Assembly (NCBI GenBank): GCA_002104905.1
Contig: MCFE01000073.1
Span: 62,001-126,000 of the forward strand
Length of the DNA stretch: 64,000 nt
Direction of reading: 5' to 3'
Origin: Basidiobolus meristosporus CBS 931.73
Lineage: Eukaryota; Fungi; Basidiobolomycota
The position numbers and the translations under genes are program-made. Numbering within the stretch: position 1 is the stretch's first letter; every line of letters begins with the position of its first letter. This document shows positions 1-10,973 of this stretch, in pieces. The notes under the pieces were generated by a model. The model made no database searches. It was not told the origin of the DNA and saw only the letters and a program-made list of their open reading frames with translations.

Positions 1-900
1 AAGTTGAGGTGATAGAAGTATGTCAATGGCGGCAGGTGTGCATGTTTGTAGAGGTTAGTAAGCAGGAGGCCATAGTTTTTTTTTATTCAAACTATATGTG
101 GAATACCCAAGGTAGTAGTGGGTAAGCAAATAAAGAGGGGTGATTCTACAGTGGAATATATGAATTGCACAAGGGGAGGTAGAAAAAGTAAATACCATTT
201 GGTAAGTTGGTACAGTAGCATTATACAGAACCAGTGGTGGCTATTATACTGCCAATATAATGCCATCAAAGTCTTGCTGCGAGGCTGTCAAAATACCATC
301 AAGTTTCTTGTCATATAAGACAATTGTATGTCCTGGCCAATTGGATTGAGGTAAAATAGTAATAGATTGCTGAAAGACCACAACAATACTATGAAATATT
401 ATCACAGCACCAATAAGATATTGTCAAGTTTTATCCCTTTATTTGGTTCTAAAACTAGTGAAACACCATTATGATCCCATCATAAGATTGTTAGGAGGGT
501 GACTAATTATAAGCTGCTGTTATTGTGATGATCACTTTATGGGATCTTGATGGCTGATCTGGGTTGGATCCCCCTGCAGGACCAAATTATTTTTCATTGG
601 GAATGCTGAGCATGTAGATCTATGCTGCTACTGCATCCATTTGCTACACCATCTTACTTGGTGTGTTGAGAATGTTGGACCTTGCTTCACCTTTTTGAAG
701 TTTCTCATGGAGTGGATGTGTGGGGAGATGGGAAGACAAGTCAAGTTGCAGGTACTATCATATCTTAATCTCATCAAAAATATTACCTTCAAGTCTGTCT
801 TGATGTGATGAGTTGGCACATGGAGGACAGCCAGGAAGATTTAGAAAATACTGAGGACAGATGTGCACATAGAGATACCAAAGCAGGCTGATTTTTCACC
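1..900 (+). mobile_element. CACTA/EnSpm (Tnp2/Transposase_21-like) C-terminal remnants
   Basis: 1-600 aligns with 17307-17365 plus 25786-26327 (KQIKRGDSTVEY...). About 600-880 aligns with 16650-16930, which reads GPCFTFWEFPKEQMCG...VKLQILPYPNL and resembles the GP-W-YWQFPMER-CG region of fungal CACTA transposases. Many stops and frameshifts. Confidence 0.55.
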
Positions 901-1095
901 AATTGCCTCATATTCTGTTCTCCAATGTGTTCTAGCCTCCTATGTCATGTCTTTCTGCTTGATTCATGGACTTGAGTAGTGTGGAATTACTCAAGTACAA
1001 TAATCTTGCATTGTAACTTGTGTATATTGTGATATCTAGTTCTAGGAGTTATTTTTTGTCCATTTTTGCTCAATATTGAACAGCTCAGCTTAGTA
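901..1095 (-). mobile_element. Copia-A fragment (GAG-pre-integrase region)
   Basis: Aligns directly with 32230-32425 (ctagcctcctatg...cttgcattgtaactt...caatattga.cagctcagcttag). Confidence 0.75.
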
Positions 1096-2330
1096 AACAA
1101 GCGTCTGTCCTTGTCCAGAGTCTCTGTGTAATCCTCTGATGGGAACAATACCTCTTAGCTACAGAACTATAACCTTGATGCAGTCTTTTGACCGGATGAT
1201 TAGAGTTATTTAGCATAGGAAATACACTCAATATAATCCAGGTAGAAATGTGTTTGGAAGGACACTTGAGTAACTTCAAATCTAGTGAAATACAGCCCTT
1301 GTGTTTGTAGTATTGTATATCAGTATGAATATTGACTGGAGGCTGTGAGAAATACTTTGAGTAGTAGAAACTCTAAAATATCTTAGGTCAGATGATAGTT
1401 TCCCCGCAGATTGCATTCATAATTCATCCAGCAATTGATACAGTTTGCTTTACAGGTTGGACAGTGGTCTAGGCCCAGTTACCAGTGTCACTGTTCTCAG
1501 ATTTCTTTGTGGTATTGTAGGATTGGTGGCTACTTCAGATTGATGCAAGTTAGTGGCTGGCAGGACTTACTGGCAGAGTACTTGATCATTGAGAATCTAT
1601 CAAGTGCAATGGTAATGGCATTGTCATACATAATTTCAAAGAAGCCCTTACTTCTAAGATGTTTTTAATGATTTTTATTAAATAAATTGGAAATGTTTGC
1701 ACTTGATGTACACTATGTGTGGTGCTTCATAGCTTTATAATTTTTTTTGGACTGCACAAGCTACTTTAAATGGGGTACTACTGGAAGATATCTGCAGTGT
1801 GAACATTCTTTTCCTCTCAGAGGGTGGATTCCTGCCTAGTTGGACACCTGGCACTAGCAGTTTTTCTGATGTAAGTACAATACAACTGCTCACATACAAT
1901 GGTATTAGGACAGTCTCTGGGTCATGTGTTGTAAGCCACACAACAGCTGTCTGTTTGTACTAGGTAAAGGGTAGGTTGCACCCCAGAAAGATTTTGGCAA
2001 AAAGAAGCAGTAAATCATCAAAGCCCCCATTTGTAATATAGGTGAGAGTATGCCACCGCTCTAGCCACAATACTGCATCATTCACTAGTAGATGAATTAC
2101 TGGCCACATATGACTCAATAAAGTGTCTGTGTCAATTTTTCCATTGGTGGTGTCCCATTGTATATTGAGGATTTGCCAGGCTCATGCTGGGGACTGTTGT
2201 GAGGTAAGATTGGCTCACAATCCACCAGTGATCCTTCTTCTGCAGAGCTATCACTTTGCATGCCATATTTAGAAAACTGAGGTGAGCCTAAAGGTGTCAC
2301 AAGCTCACCTGACACAGGTAGTGCTAGGTG
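1096..2330 (-). mobile_element. CACTA/EnSpm Tnp2-like transposase remnant, copy 1
   Basis: ORF fragments 2115-2315 and 1735-1941 are homologous to 7290-7475 and 7615-7992 (HDPETVLIPLYVSSCIVLT vs YDPEIFLIQPCVISCMAFT). Fragment 1085-1279 resembles the 16298-16582 fragment. Confidence 0.65.
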
Positions 2331-2439
2331 ACAGGTACAGGTAGGTGCCCTTATAGAAGTATCAAGTGGTCAGCAAGATAATATTAGTACAGTAGTGACT
2401 GATATATTTGTCAAATATGACGTGTGAGGCAAGATATTG

Positions 2440-3165
2440 TCCATAATCCCTGAGATACTTAATGCAACAATCAGGTGCAATGGACCACATAAATCAGGAA
2501 ATAGTCAAGAGACAGGATGAAAGGATTATATCTGTAGAGCAATCAATATACAAGGTAGTGAGTGCAGTATCTCTGCTGCAAAGCAGGAACTCAAGTACCT
2601 CAATGTCTCAGCAAAGAACAGGGCCATTGCCAATGTTACAGTAGTAGAGCACTGTAAAGTCTTTGAAGCATATTCAAAGTGTTTATCAAAAAAGTCACTA
2701 ACAAATCTATTACAGCATAAGAGGGAGTTAGTTGTATTTATACCAAAGCCTAAAGATCAGAATACACTGAAGATCAATGAAGCTGTGGAGAACATTGACC
2801 AAGATTAGCGTAATTGCTAAAAGGCTGTAAGAAGTCTAGCATGCTATTACCTTGAGTCCAGCACACCATAGAAATATCAGGAACTTAAGGCCAAGCAGAA
2901 TGTGTAGGACCCATTCTATGAGCATTACCCTGGATTCAAATTTTATCAACATACTTTGTGCTATTATTAATATGCTAGGAAAGTAACTCAAGAATAGCAG
3001 AAGCTATGAAAGAAGAAGGGTGCTGTGGCTAGTAACCAGCTGCTTCCTTAAGAGCCTGTCAAAAGGTGGGATAAAAGCTCCAAGAAGCAGTAGAGAAACA
3101 TAAAATAGGAAAAATTGCTGTTAAGGGACTTGCAGGCACTCACAGATGCACCAAAAAAGCCACCA
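2440..3165 (+). pseudogene. Degenerate ORF Y, a repeated unknown ORF lying head-to-head with Tnp2
   Basis: Frame reads VFIPKPKDQNTLKINEAVE...KAVRSLACYYL...YPGFKFY with in-frame stops. DNA homology to 10530-10870 (-) and 6365-6460 (-). Confidence 0.5.
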
Positions 3166-3450
3166 AGAATGCTATTGACTATGACTCAGCTATGTTTGGA
3201 GCTAGAGAGCCTGCAGTGACTGATCAGAGAAGCTACAACCACTTTGAAAGAAGACAATCAGAAGCAGTGCCAGTGGAAATAGATGCTTTGCCAAAGAATC
3301 TCACCTCAGAGGAATATAAGCAGAAAGGAACTTGCTTCCACTGCCATCATCATGGGTACATCTCACAATATTGGCCTCATAGAAGAAATAGACTACAGTC
3401 AGCAAGAGCTTTTGGCCATACTGAAGCCCAAGAACAAAGTAATCAAATAT
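3166..3450 (+). mobile_element. Ty3/gypsy gag C-terminal fragment with decayed zinc knuckle
   Basis: AIDYDSAMFG...RRQSEAVPVEIDA...CFHCHHHGYISQYWP matches the gag of the 40096-42287 gypsy copy. Confidence 0.8.
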
Positions 3451-4409
3451 CTCATTTTGCTCATTGAGCAGGTATGTCCCTGATCCAATCAATTGGACAA
3501 GGTGTCATAGCTAGCATGCAACCATTTGGGTAGGTGCAAAACAGATCAAATGGCTGCACTGGTGTTACAGATGACATATACTTATGCAGGGCACTTATTA
3601 ATAGGGGTTCTGTCTCAAATGTGAGACAACCTTGATATTACTAGTATCAAAAACTTAGTGATCACTGACATGAAATGGCTTGATTTAGATTGCAAAAAAA
3701 TGTGTTATTTGGATCATGACAAATAAGAGCAATTCAATGCAATACATCATCTTCTCCTAAGTATTTTTCTCACAGGGATTACTACTGAAGCATTTGGTAG
3801 TGATTCACTATGCACTCCTAAACTACTTCCTTGTTGACTATCATCTTGGCTACTTTGGTATTTGTAGTCAGTATTTTGCCTCCTAGTTGATGAGTGCAAT
3901 GCTGCAGCTTAGTTGCTCTTGATTGCTCTGGATGAGACTACTGAACCAGCCTGCAGTGCTACATGCTAATGTGTTCTTTTACATGCCAAAGGCTCTGGTG
4001 CTGGAGGCACTTCATATGGGTCATCATCACTCAGTTCACCAGAAGTAACTTGCTGATGGTCAGGAGTAACAGCACATGCAGGTGTAACTTGATATGTTGG
4101 CATGACCCTTGGCTGAGTTTGAAGTGATGCTGCATGCTGATGCAACTTAGCCTGCTCCAATGGACTTGTGTCTAAATGAGCAGTTTGGTGAGTTTGGGTG
4201 GTTTTGCTCTGAAGTGCATGTGTTGACCTGATGTGGGACATTCTTGTGAAGGGCATTGATGTAGTTTGGACTAATGAGCACCAGCATGCTGGCACAATCT
4301 GGTCTCTGTTGCTTGCGATCTGTATTCTTCCCCTTGAAATTCACCTTCTAATTCCTCAAGGTATTCATTTACCATCTGTCTGATACTCCAGAACTGTTGC
4401 CTGGATGAT

Positions 4410-5010
4410 TCCTATGTATATTGCCCTTGGTAGCCACTTAGCTCTACTAATATATCATGTAGTACATTAGTCATTTGAGGCAAAAACGTATTAAAAATCT
4501 CTTTGGTTCCCAAAGTTCAGTGACAAACAGATGCATTCAGCCTGTACTGAGCAAACTGTGTGCAAAATTGTTCTTTTGTGGCTTCTTCATCAAATCCCCT
4601 CACTCTCAGCTCATTCTTGATTCCAATATTTGTCTTGTTATAAATCTTCTTACATACATATGCTGGCATATTTATGCAGAGCTCATGCTGCAGCTCTCTA
4701 CTCAGATTCTTCAATCTCTGTCATCTCTCTGAAGTATCTAGTTCTGCTAGATTAATAAGTAGTGTCCAAATATCTGTACAAGGGCTCATCAGAGACAATT
4801 GGGCCATACTAAAATCATTTGGCAAGAACTCAAACAGATCCAACATCAACTATCCAAGTCTGAACCACACTTGTGAGCTGGTGGATGGATTTTGTCTGGG
4901 TTGTACTAAAATGAGTTGAGACTTGGTATAGGGACCATAGTGATGGACTTGGATACTTATACAGTAGTGTACTGGCATAAGCCTGGCCATATATGAAATA
5001 AATATGAAAA
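4410..5010 (-). pseudogene. Degenerate ~200-codon ORF divergent from the DDE transposase (candidate ORF2 of the element)
   Basis: One frame runs about 200 codons with only three internal stops and joins track ORFs 4850-5035 and 4517-4714. No recognisable domain. Confidence 0.35.
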
Positions 5011-5069
5011 CAAATGTGATAATTGGACTTTCCATATATTATGCACGATGCATCTTGAATTGCATTAAC

Positions 5070-6163
5070 ATGGATCAGATCACATCAATTGCAGATTTCC
5101 TATTTGATTATAGACTTGCAAGGCAAGCATTGACAGAAATATCAAGTCATTCTTTGAGGACAATTCTTGCAACTTAACAATGGGATACATGGCAATTAAT
5201 GGAGATTTCATCATAAAGAATGGAAAATCAAATAAATAAAGCTGATTGTGCCAAATTGATTTGTATCACCTCAGCCCAGTCACCTTCTGATTATAATATG
5301 ACTTACTCATCTGAATGGTCTTTTCTCATCCATCCTGTCACTACCACTAGACTTCCTTTTGACACATTAGGGGAGATCTATACCAAGTGCTGTGGACCAT
5401 CTACCCCAATCTACTCAAGGAGATCCCTTGTTAAGCTTCTCTACTATTACAGGAACTATTGCTCTACAAGGCTTCATCCCCCCATCCATGGCAACCAAAG
5501 TCCTAGAAGCTTTCATTCACAGCTGAGAGCAATGGAGAGCCACCTTGCAGAGGGTATGAATGACTTAGAGCAAGCTTGAAATACTAGGTTCAGAAACCCC
5601 AATAGACTTCCATATCCCATAGTGTTCAGCAACAGGTTCCATATCAAGAGTATTTTGGACACCATCCCGGTTAAGATTAACAGGACTTCTAGAGGGCAGA
5701 TGCACTTTTATTCTGGCAAGTACAAGGCACACTGTGTGAAGTTTCAAGCACTGTCTGACATTGGGGGTACCGTCATCTGGTTTAGTGGGCCATTTGCCAG
5801 AAGCAGGTACAACAAAGCATTCTGGTTAGAGAATCTTCCAGAGTTCAGTAGAGGGGAGAAATGAATGGCAGACTTACCTTTATAGGAGAGGATTGTCAGA
5901 GATTAGGTTGTGATACAGCTTATAGGAAGCTAAGGAATGGTGTGCTTAGCAGGAAGCAGAAGCACTACAATGAGAGATTTAATCATTTCAGAGTGAGGGT
6001 AGCGCATACACTTGGATATCTGAAGAGATTCAGCATATTGGCAGGTAAATACAGAGGAAACTCAAATATAGGAGAAAGCAGCAGAATAGGTAAAATAGTT
6101 TACATAATCATTAATGTACAGTATATTCATATAAGAAGAAATTCACGGAGAGAAATGTGTTAA
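5070..6163 (+). pseudogene. PIF/Harbinger-type (PHIS; DDE_Tnp_4-like) transposase, disrupted
   Basis: Motifs ILDTIPVKINR, FYSGKYKAHCVKFQ, QKHYNERFNHFRVRVAHTLGYLKRFSILAGKYRG. In-frame ATG at 5070. Stops at about 5145, 5210 and 5577, and a frameshift near 5860. Confidence 0.8.
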
Positions 6164-6269
6164 GAGCATTATCAAGAGTAAATATAGCACAAAAAACACT
6201 ATTCTGAGCAACATAAGTAAGATTGAGTAAGATTACCAGTAAATATATTCTACCACTGGAACTGTGGTA

Positions 6270-6364
6270 GAAATTATAGTTCCAGATAATGCCATAGAGT
6301 GCTGGATCAATCTGGCACTATAAACAGGCTGGCACTATGTGGCACTATTCAACAGAACAAGTCT
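6270..6364 (+). repeat. Right terminal inverted repeat and GGCACTA subterminal repeats of the DDE element
   Basis: Ends ...ggcactattcaacagaacaagtct|att, essentially the same terminus as the 42867-43594 foldback element (...ggcactatccaacaaaacaagtct|att). Confidence 0.75.
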
Positions 6365-6700
6365 ATTGTATCTGCTCATCATGTTACTAGACTATTTGCT
6401 GATATCTCCAGGCCATTGCATTTATTCAATTAGTCACTGCACCTTATTGCCCTGTTAATATTTTGGTATGAGTTAATAACATATATGCTAGTATGGGTGG
6501 CAATGATGTTATGACAGCCACTAGCAGGACTTCAGCCAAAGGTACTGTGATTGCTACATTCTCATCTGCCTGAGCATGATCATGAGCCTGCAACTGTGCA
6601 GAGACTTCTATTTGCCTACTTGAATAAGAGCCTAGGAAGTCTGGAGTATTACCTTCATTGGGCATGCTGTCAACATGCCTTTTTTAGAATGTAGCCTGGC
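6365..6700 (-). pseudogene. N-terminal part of a second ORF Y copy, cut by the DDE element
   Basis: Reverse complement of 6365-6460 aligns with 2475-2540 (tgcaatgg...atcag.aaatagtc.ag..aca.gatga). Confidence 0.4.
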
Positions 6701-7269
6701 TTGTTACACTGAATGTCAAAGCAAGCTGTTATTGTACCGTTCTTTGGCTGCTGTTATCCATGTTGCTTGGCTAGGAGCAAGATGTATTTGCTTTGTTTTT
6801 TGGTGGCATATTTATAGTAATAGTCAAATCAAAGGGGAAATAGTGATATATTTACACATATATGTGTTGCCACAGCTTGATACACAATACTCTCTATGGC
6901 AGGTCTTTTTTGACTCTTGCATTCATGTGGGTGCAATGTCCCAAATGCAAGACTATCTTAAGCTCACATGAGTATTGATATAAAGTAAAATAACGATGTT
7001 ACATTGTTGAGTGTCAAACTGTTTGCCCCATGGAGATGACTACTTTGATTCAATGCTGTAAGTGAAGAGAAAAGAGACCATGTGACTATTGTAACAAGCC
7101 ACTCAGACATGAAGTACACAGACAGCATAGGAAATATTACAATGGTCATGAACAGTGTTTTGCCACACAAGTTATGCTTGACCATTCATCAGTTGCTACT
7201 GTACCAACAATAACTGGCTGGCCATTTGGTATTTCTATGATGGCACCTAGCTGTATTGTTGCCTTACAC

Positions 7270-8873
7270 AAGCTGAGCCAGGTGACTTTGTGACACCTCT
7301 AGGCTCACCTCAGCCTTCTGAATATGGCACAAAGTGTAATAGTTCTCAGGAAGCAGGCTCACTGGTGAGTTGTGAGCTTATCTTCCCTAGCAACTGCACC
7401 TGGTATGAGCCTGGCAATATCCCAATTTGCAATGAGGCACCACTGATTGAAAATAATGCCAAGAATACTTTGTAGAGCCAAATATGCCCAGTAATCCACC
7501 TATGGTTGAATCATGTGTTATTGTGGCTAGATAAATGGTGTGATTTACAAATATCAGTAAGGGGTCATTCTGTGATGTAACCTGCCATGTACATAATACA
7601 AATGGACTACTGTCATGCACCTGGCAATATATGACCCAGAGATATTCCTAATACAACCGTGTGTTATCAGTTGCATGGCATTTACATCAGGAAATGCCAC
7701 AATTGCAAGGTGTCTCACCTGTCAGGAATCCACTACTATAGGAGGATTGCATTGTTTACACTTCAGATATATTTCAGTAATATCCCATCTTAAGAGGCCC
7801 ATGCAGTCCAACAAGTATAGTGAAGCTATAAAGTACTGCACTCAGCATCAATCAAGTGGAAATATTTCTGATATAGATGATAACAAACATTGCCAACAGC
7901 TAAGAAGCCAGGGTTACCTTGAAGGTATATATGACCACACCTTTGCCTTTGCATTTGATGGATTTACATTAAACAAATACTCTACCAGTTAATCCTGCTG
8001 GCCATTGATTCTCATCAACCCAAATCTGACAGCAATCAAATGATATCAGAGCAGAGATCTGGTGCTAGTCTCACAGGGTTTGGGGCCTAAGTTACTGTCT
8101 AACCTGGGCAGCTAGTAGTATCCATTGCTGGATGCATCTTGTATGCTTTCCAGCAGGACACTACCAAAGGTGTCATACATAGTGCATATTGTTGTCTGCA
8201 TTGGAGATACCCTAGCCATCAGCAAGATAGCTGGGTTTTCAGGGCACAATGAACGGCATTGCTGTTAAATATGTAAGACCCTGGGGATTTACACCATTAT
8301 CCACACAAACTACTATTTTATGTATACCATACTAACAACTGCATCTCCCCACAGAAGGATTATACATTAGTCAGCATGCAATTGCAGCAAAGTAGGCAAG
8401 CTATAAATCATTAGCTAGAATATGTAATTAATTGGAAACTGCGGATAATTCTAATGCAAAGTGTCTGTTGGAGCAAATGCTTTTTGCTAGGAGTATTGCA
8501 TTAGCTTTGCCACAATATACCTGTACTAATGACAAAGGTGATCAAGAAGCATTTCAAGCTGAATGCACCCTTTGAGATACCTGAGAAATTTGAAATAATT
8601 GGCAAGTTATTGCAGAGTACCCACTACTCAAAGTACTAGTTATATGCTACAATCAATATTCAAATGCAAGGACTGGATGAACTCTACATGAATACAGGAA
8701 TACTCTACCAAGGTATGCCAGAATTCACTTGGCCACATGCCAACTTCTACACTGTTCAATACAGAGCTCACTCAAACAAAAGCCAGAATGCACTTATAGG
8801 GGGGACAAGAATCCAGCAGGGAGCATGAATTTACTGGTTAAATGCCAAGAAGTTCTTTGCAGATATTTGGGAT
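7270..8873 (+). mobile_element. CACTA/EnSpm Tnp2-like transposase remnant, copy 2
   Basis: Motifs ISDIDD...TFAFAFDGF...WPLILINPNL...GLGPK and IGDTLAISKIAGFSGHN...C, typical of the Transposase_21 family. Heavily disrupted. Confidence 0.75.
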
Positions 8874-9450
8874 CACTCTATAGCAGTTTCACAGTTAGTA
8901 TGTAATTATTGGTAAAAGTGCTAATTTGATCTTGACTCCAGCAAGATAATAATAGGAGCATGAATCTGAAAGAAAATGGGAAATATAGGGCTGCAGATTA
9001 TTCATACTGTGACTAAGACTAGTTCATAACTGTAAAGTAAATTTTCAGCTGTGGAATGATACCAAATAGCTCAATGTTTCCGCACACCCTCTTGACAGAA
9101 TGATTTCTTAGTGCTAATTTCTCTCTGATATTCTCAAATTGTGGCCTAGCTATTAGTTTGTCGATATGTCTGGCACCACTTTGTCAGCTGGGCAGTAAGA
9201 CAACTCTGCTAAGATATTTTCCACTGCTTCTCCCACCAAGTGGTGTTGTATATCTATGTGCTTGGTTCTAGCATAATTAGTAGGATTTCCAGCTAATCAA
9301 ATATAGCCTTAATTATCCTTGTAAATACATATTGGTCACTAGAATTAAAACCTAAGTCTCAGAGTAATTTTTGTAAACATAGAGCCTTCAGATGAGATAT
9401 TGAACTATTTGGCATCACCTAGCAGCTAAAACCTTACTTAACAATTCTGT
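8874..9450 (-). mobile_element. Diverged Copia-A-related fragment (RNase H end, PPT, partial 3' LTR)
   Basis: Aligns with 29400-30000 (gtgctaatttgatc.tgact, aatgataccaaatag, tgtggcctagc, gtatatc.atgtgctt.gttct). Confidence 0.7.
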
Positions 9451-9559
9451 AGTAGTCTTTTCACTGTTGGACCAATATTTAGCTATTGCCTCTTTTTCAC
9501 ACTCCTAACTTCCCCACTCAACTGTTTCACTTACTTTTCACATGTACAAATTGATTTAG

Positions 9560-10973
9560 TTTCATTGAAACTTCAGTTGTATCTCAGTTGCCAACTGGAT
9601 TGACCTATACAAGTCACTATACCCCACACTAACATTGAGCCCTACCCCACACTCAACAAGTAACTCCATTAAAGTCCACCACTCAATAAGTGTTTCTGCT
9701 GCAATGATCTGTTTTGATGACTTTGGCAGGAAACCAAAAGCTTTGTGCCACTGTTCATTCACTGGTTCCCACACATCCTGGTTTTCAGCTGACACTGCAA
9801 GGTCTAGCACCTCTTCTGCCAATCTTTGCAATAAATCCTTGCAAAATCCAAGTGGATTTTCTTGAGCACTGCTCTTGAAGAAGTGCTGTAACGTCTTGGT
9901 GTGCCTATTAAAGTACCAAAATTTCACTGCAAGCATTGTGAAAGTCTTTCAAGTTTTTGATGTTTTAGCCTTGTTTGTTGGTGGGATCTCTACTTTGTCA
10001 ATAATGGTGGATGTGGAGGCTGTGGTTGACAAATTGACTTTCTCTGCAAACTCATCTACCTTACTGGAGTATAGCTCCACTGCCTGCGCATCCAATTCTT
10101 GTGAAAGCAGCTGTTTTCTTGTTAGTAATTCTTCTGTGCTACCATGTGCTCAATCTGTTCTGCACTGGTGGAATTAAGCAAGAACTGCATTGTTTTTGCT
10201 GGCTTTCCTGTCTCAGGCTTAGGTTGACATTTTCCCCCTCACCTTTTTCTTTATCACAGCCAAGTCTCTCACTGCTACTTTGTCTGAGTGCTACATGTAA
10301 TGGGCTATATTTTCCCCCTAATAAATTCTGCTCTGACTCATCTGTTTTGGCCTGTATTTCCCTTGCTGGCAATCTACTGGCACCCTGGCATCTCATTACT
10401 GCTAGTTTTAAGCTCTCAGCCATAGTTATAACAGGCTCTGGAGAAAGCTGCTGGTTTTTTTCACTGCCAGGTCCTTCATTACTACTTTGACTGAGTGCCT
10501 ATTCAGTAGTACTATGCTTTTTCCTTGTTAAGTGTTGGCTGGTGCATCCATGTCTGCCTGTTTGTCCCTTGTTGGCACTCTTCCAGCTATCTGACATCTC
10601 TTTGATGCTTGTTTGGAGCTTTTGGCCCTGCTTGCAACAGGCTCTTCAGGAAGCCATTGGCTCTTAGCTGCGGCACCCTTGTTCTTTGCCTTTGATAGTT
10701 TCTGCTATTCTTAAAGTAACTTCTGACAGCTTCTTGAATATTAGTCCACTCTTCATCATTGCACTCAATGACTTCATGGATCTTCAATGTCTTTTGATTT
10801 TTAGCCTTTGGTATAAACACCATATTGTCTCCCTCCCATACTGTGATAGGTTTTCCAGTGGGCTCTATTTTTGGGCAATGTTTTGCATTTCAAAGACTGT
10901 ACAGTGTTCCTCTGATGTTACATTGGGAAATGGCTCAATTCTTGGCTGTGACATTGAGTTACTTCTTTGCAGT
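9560..10973 (-). pseudogene. Unassigned degenerate coding-like region containing an ORF Y copy at 10530-10870
   Basis: MVFIPKAKNQKTLKIHEVIE...EAVRSYFKNSRNY is homologous to 2690-3165. The rest (for example ORF 9562-9936) has no family I can recognise. Confidence 0.4.
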
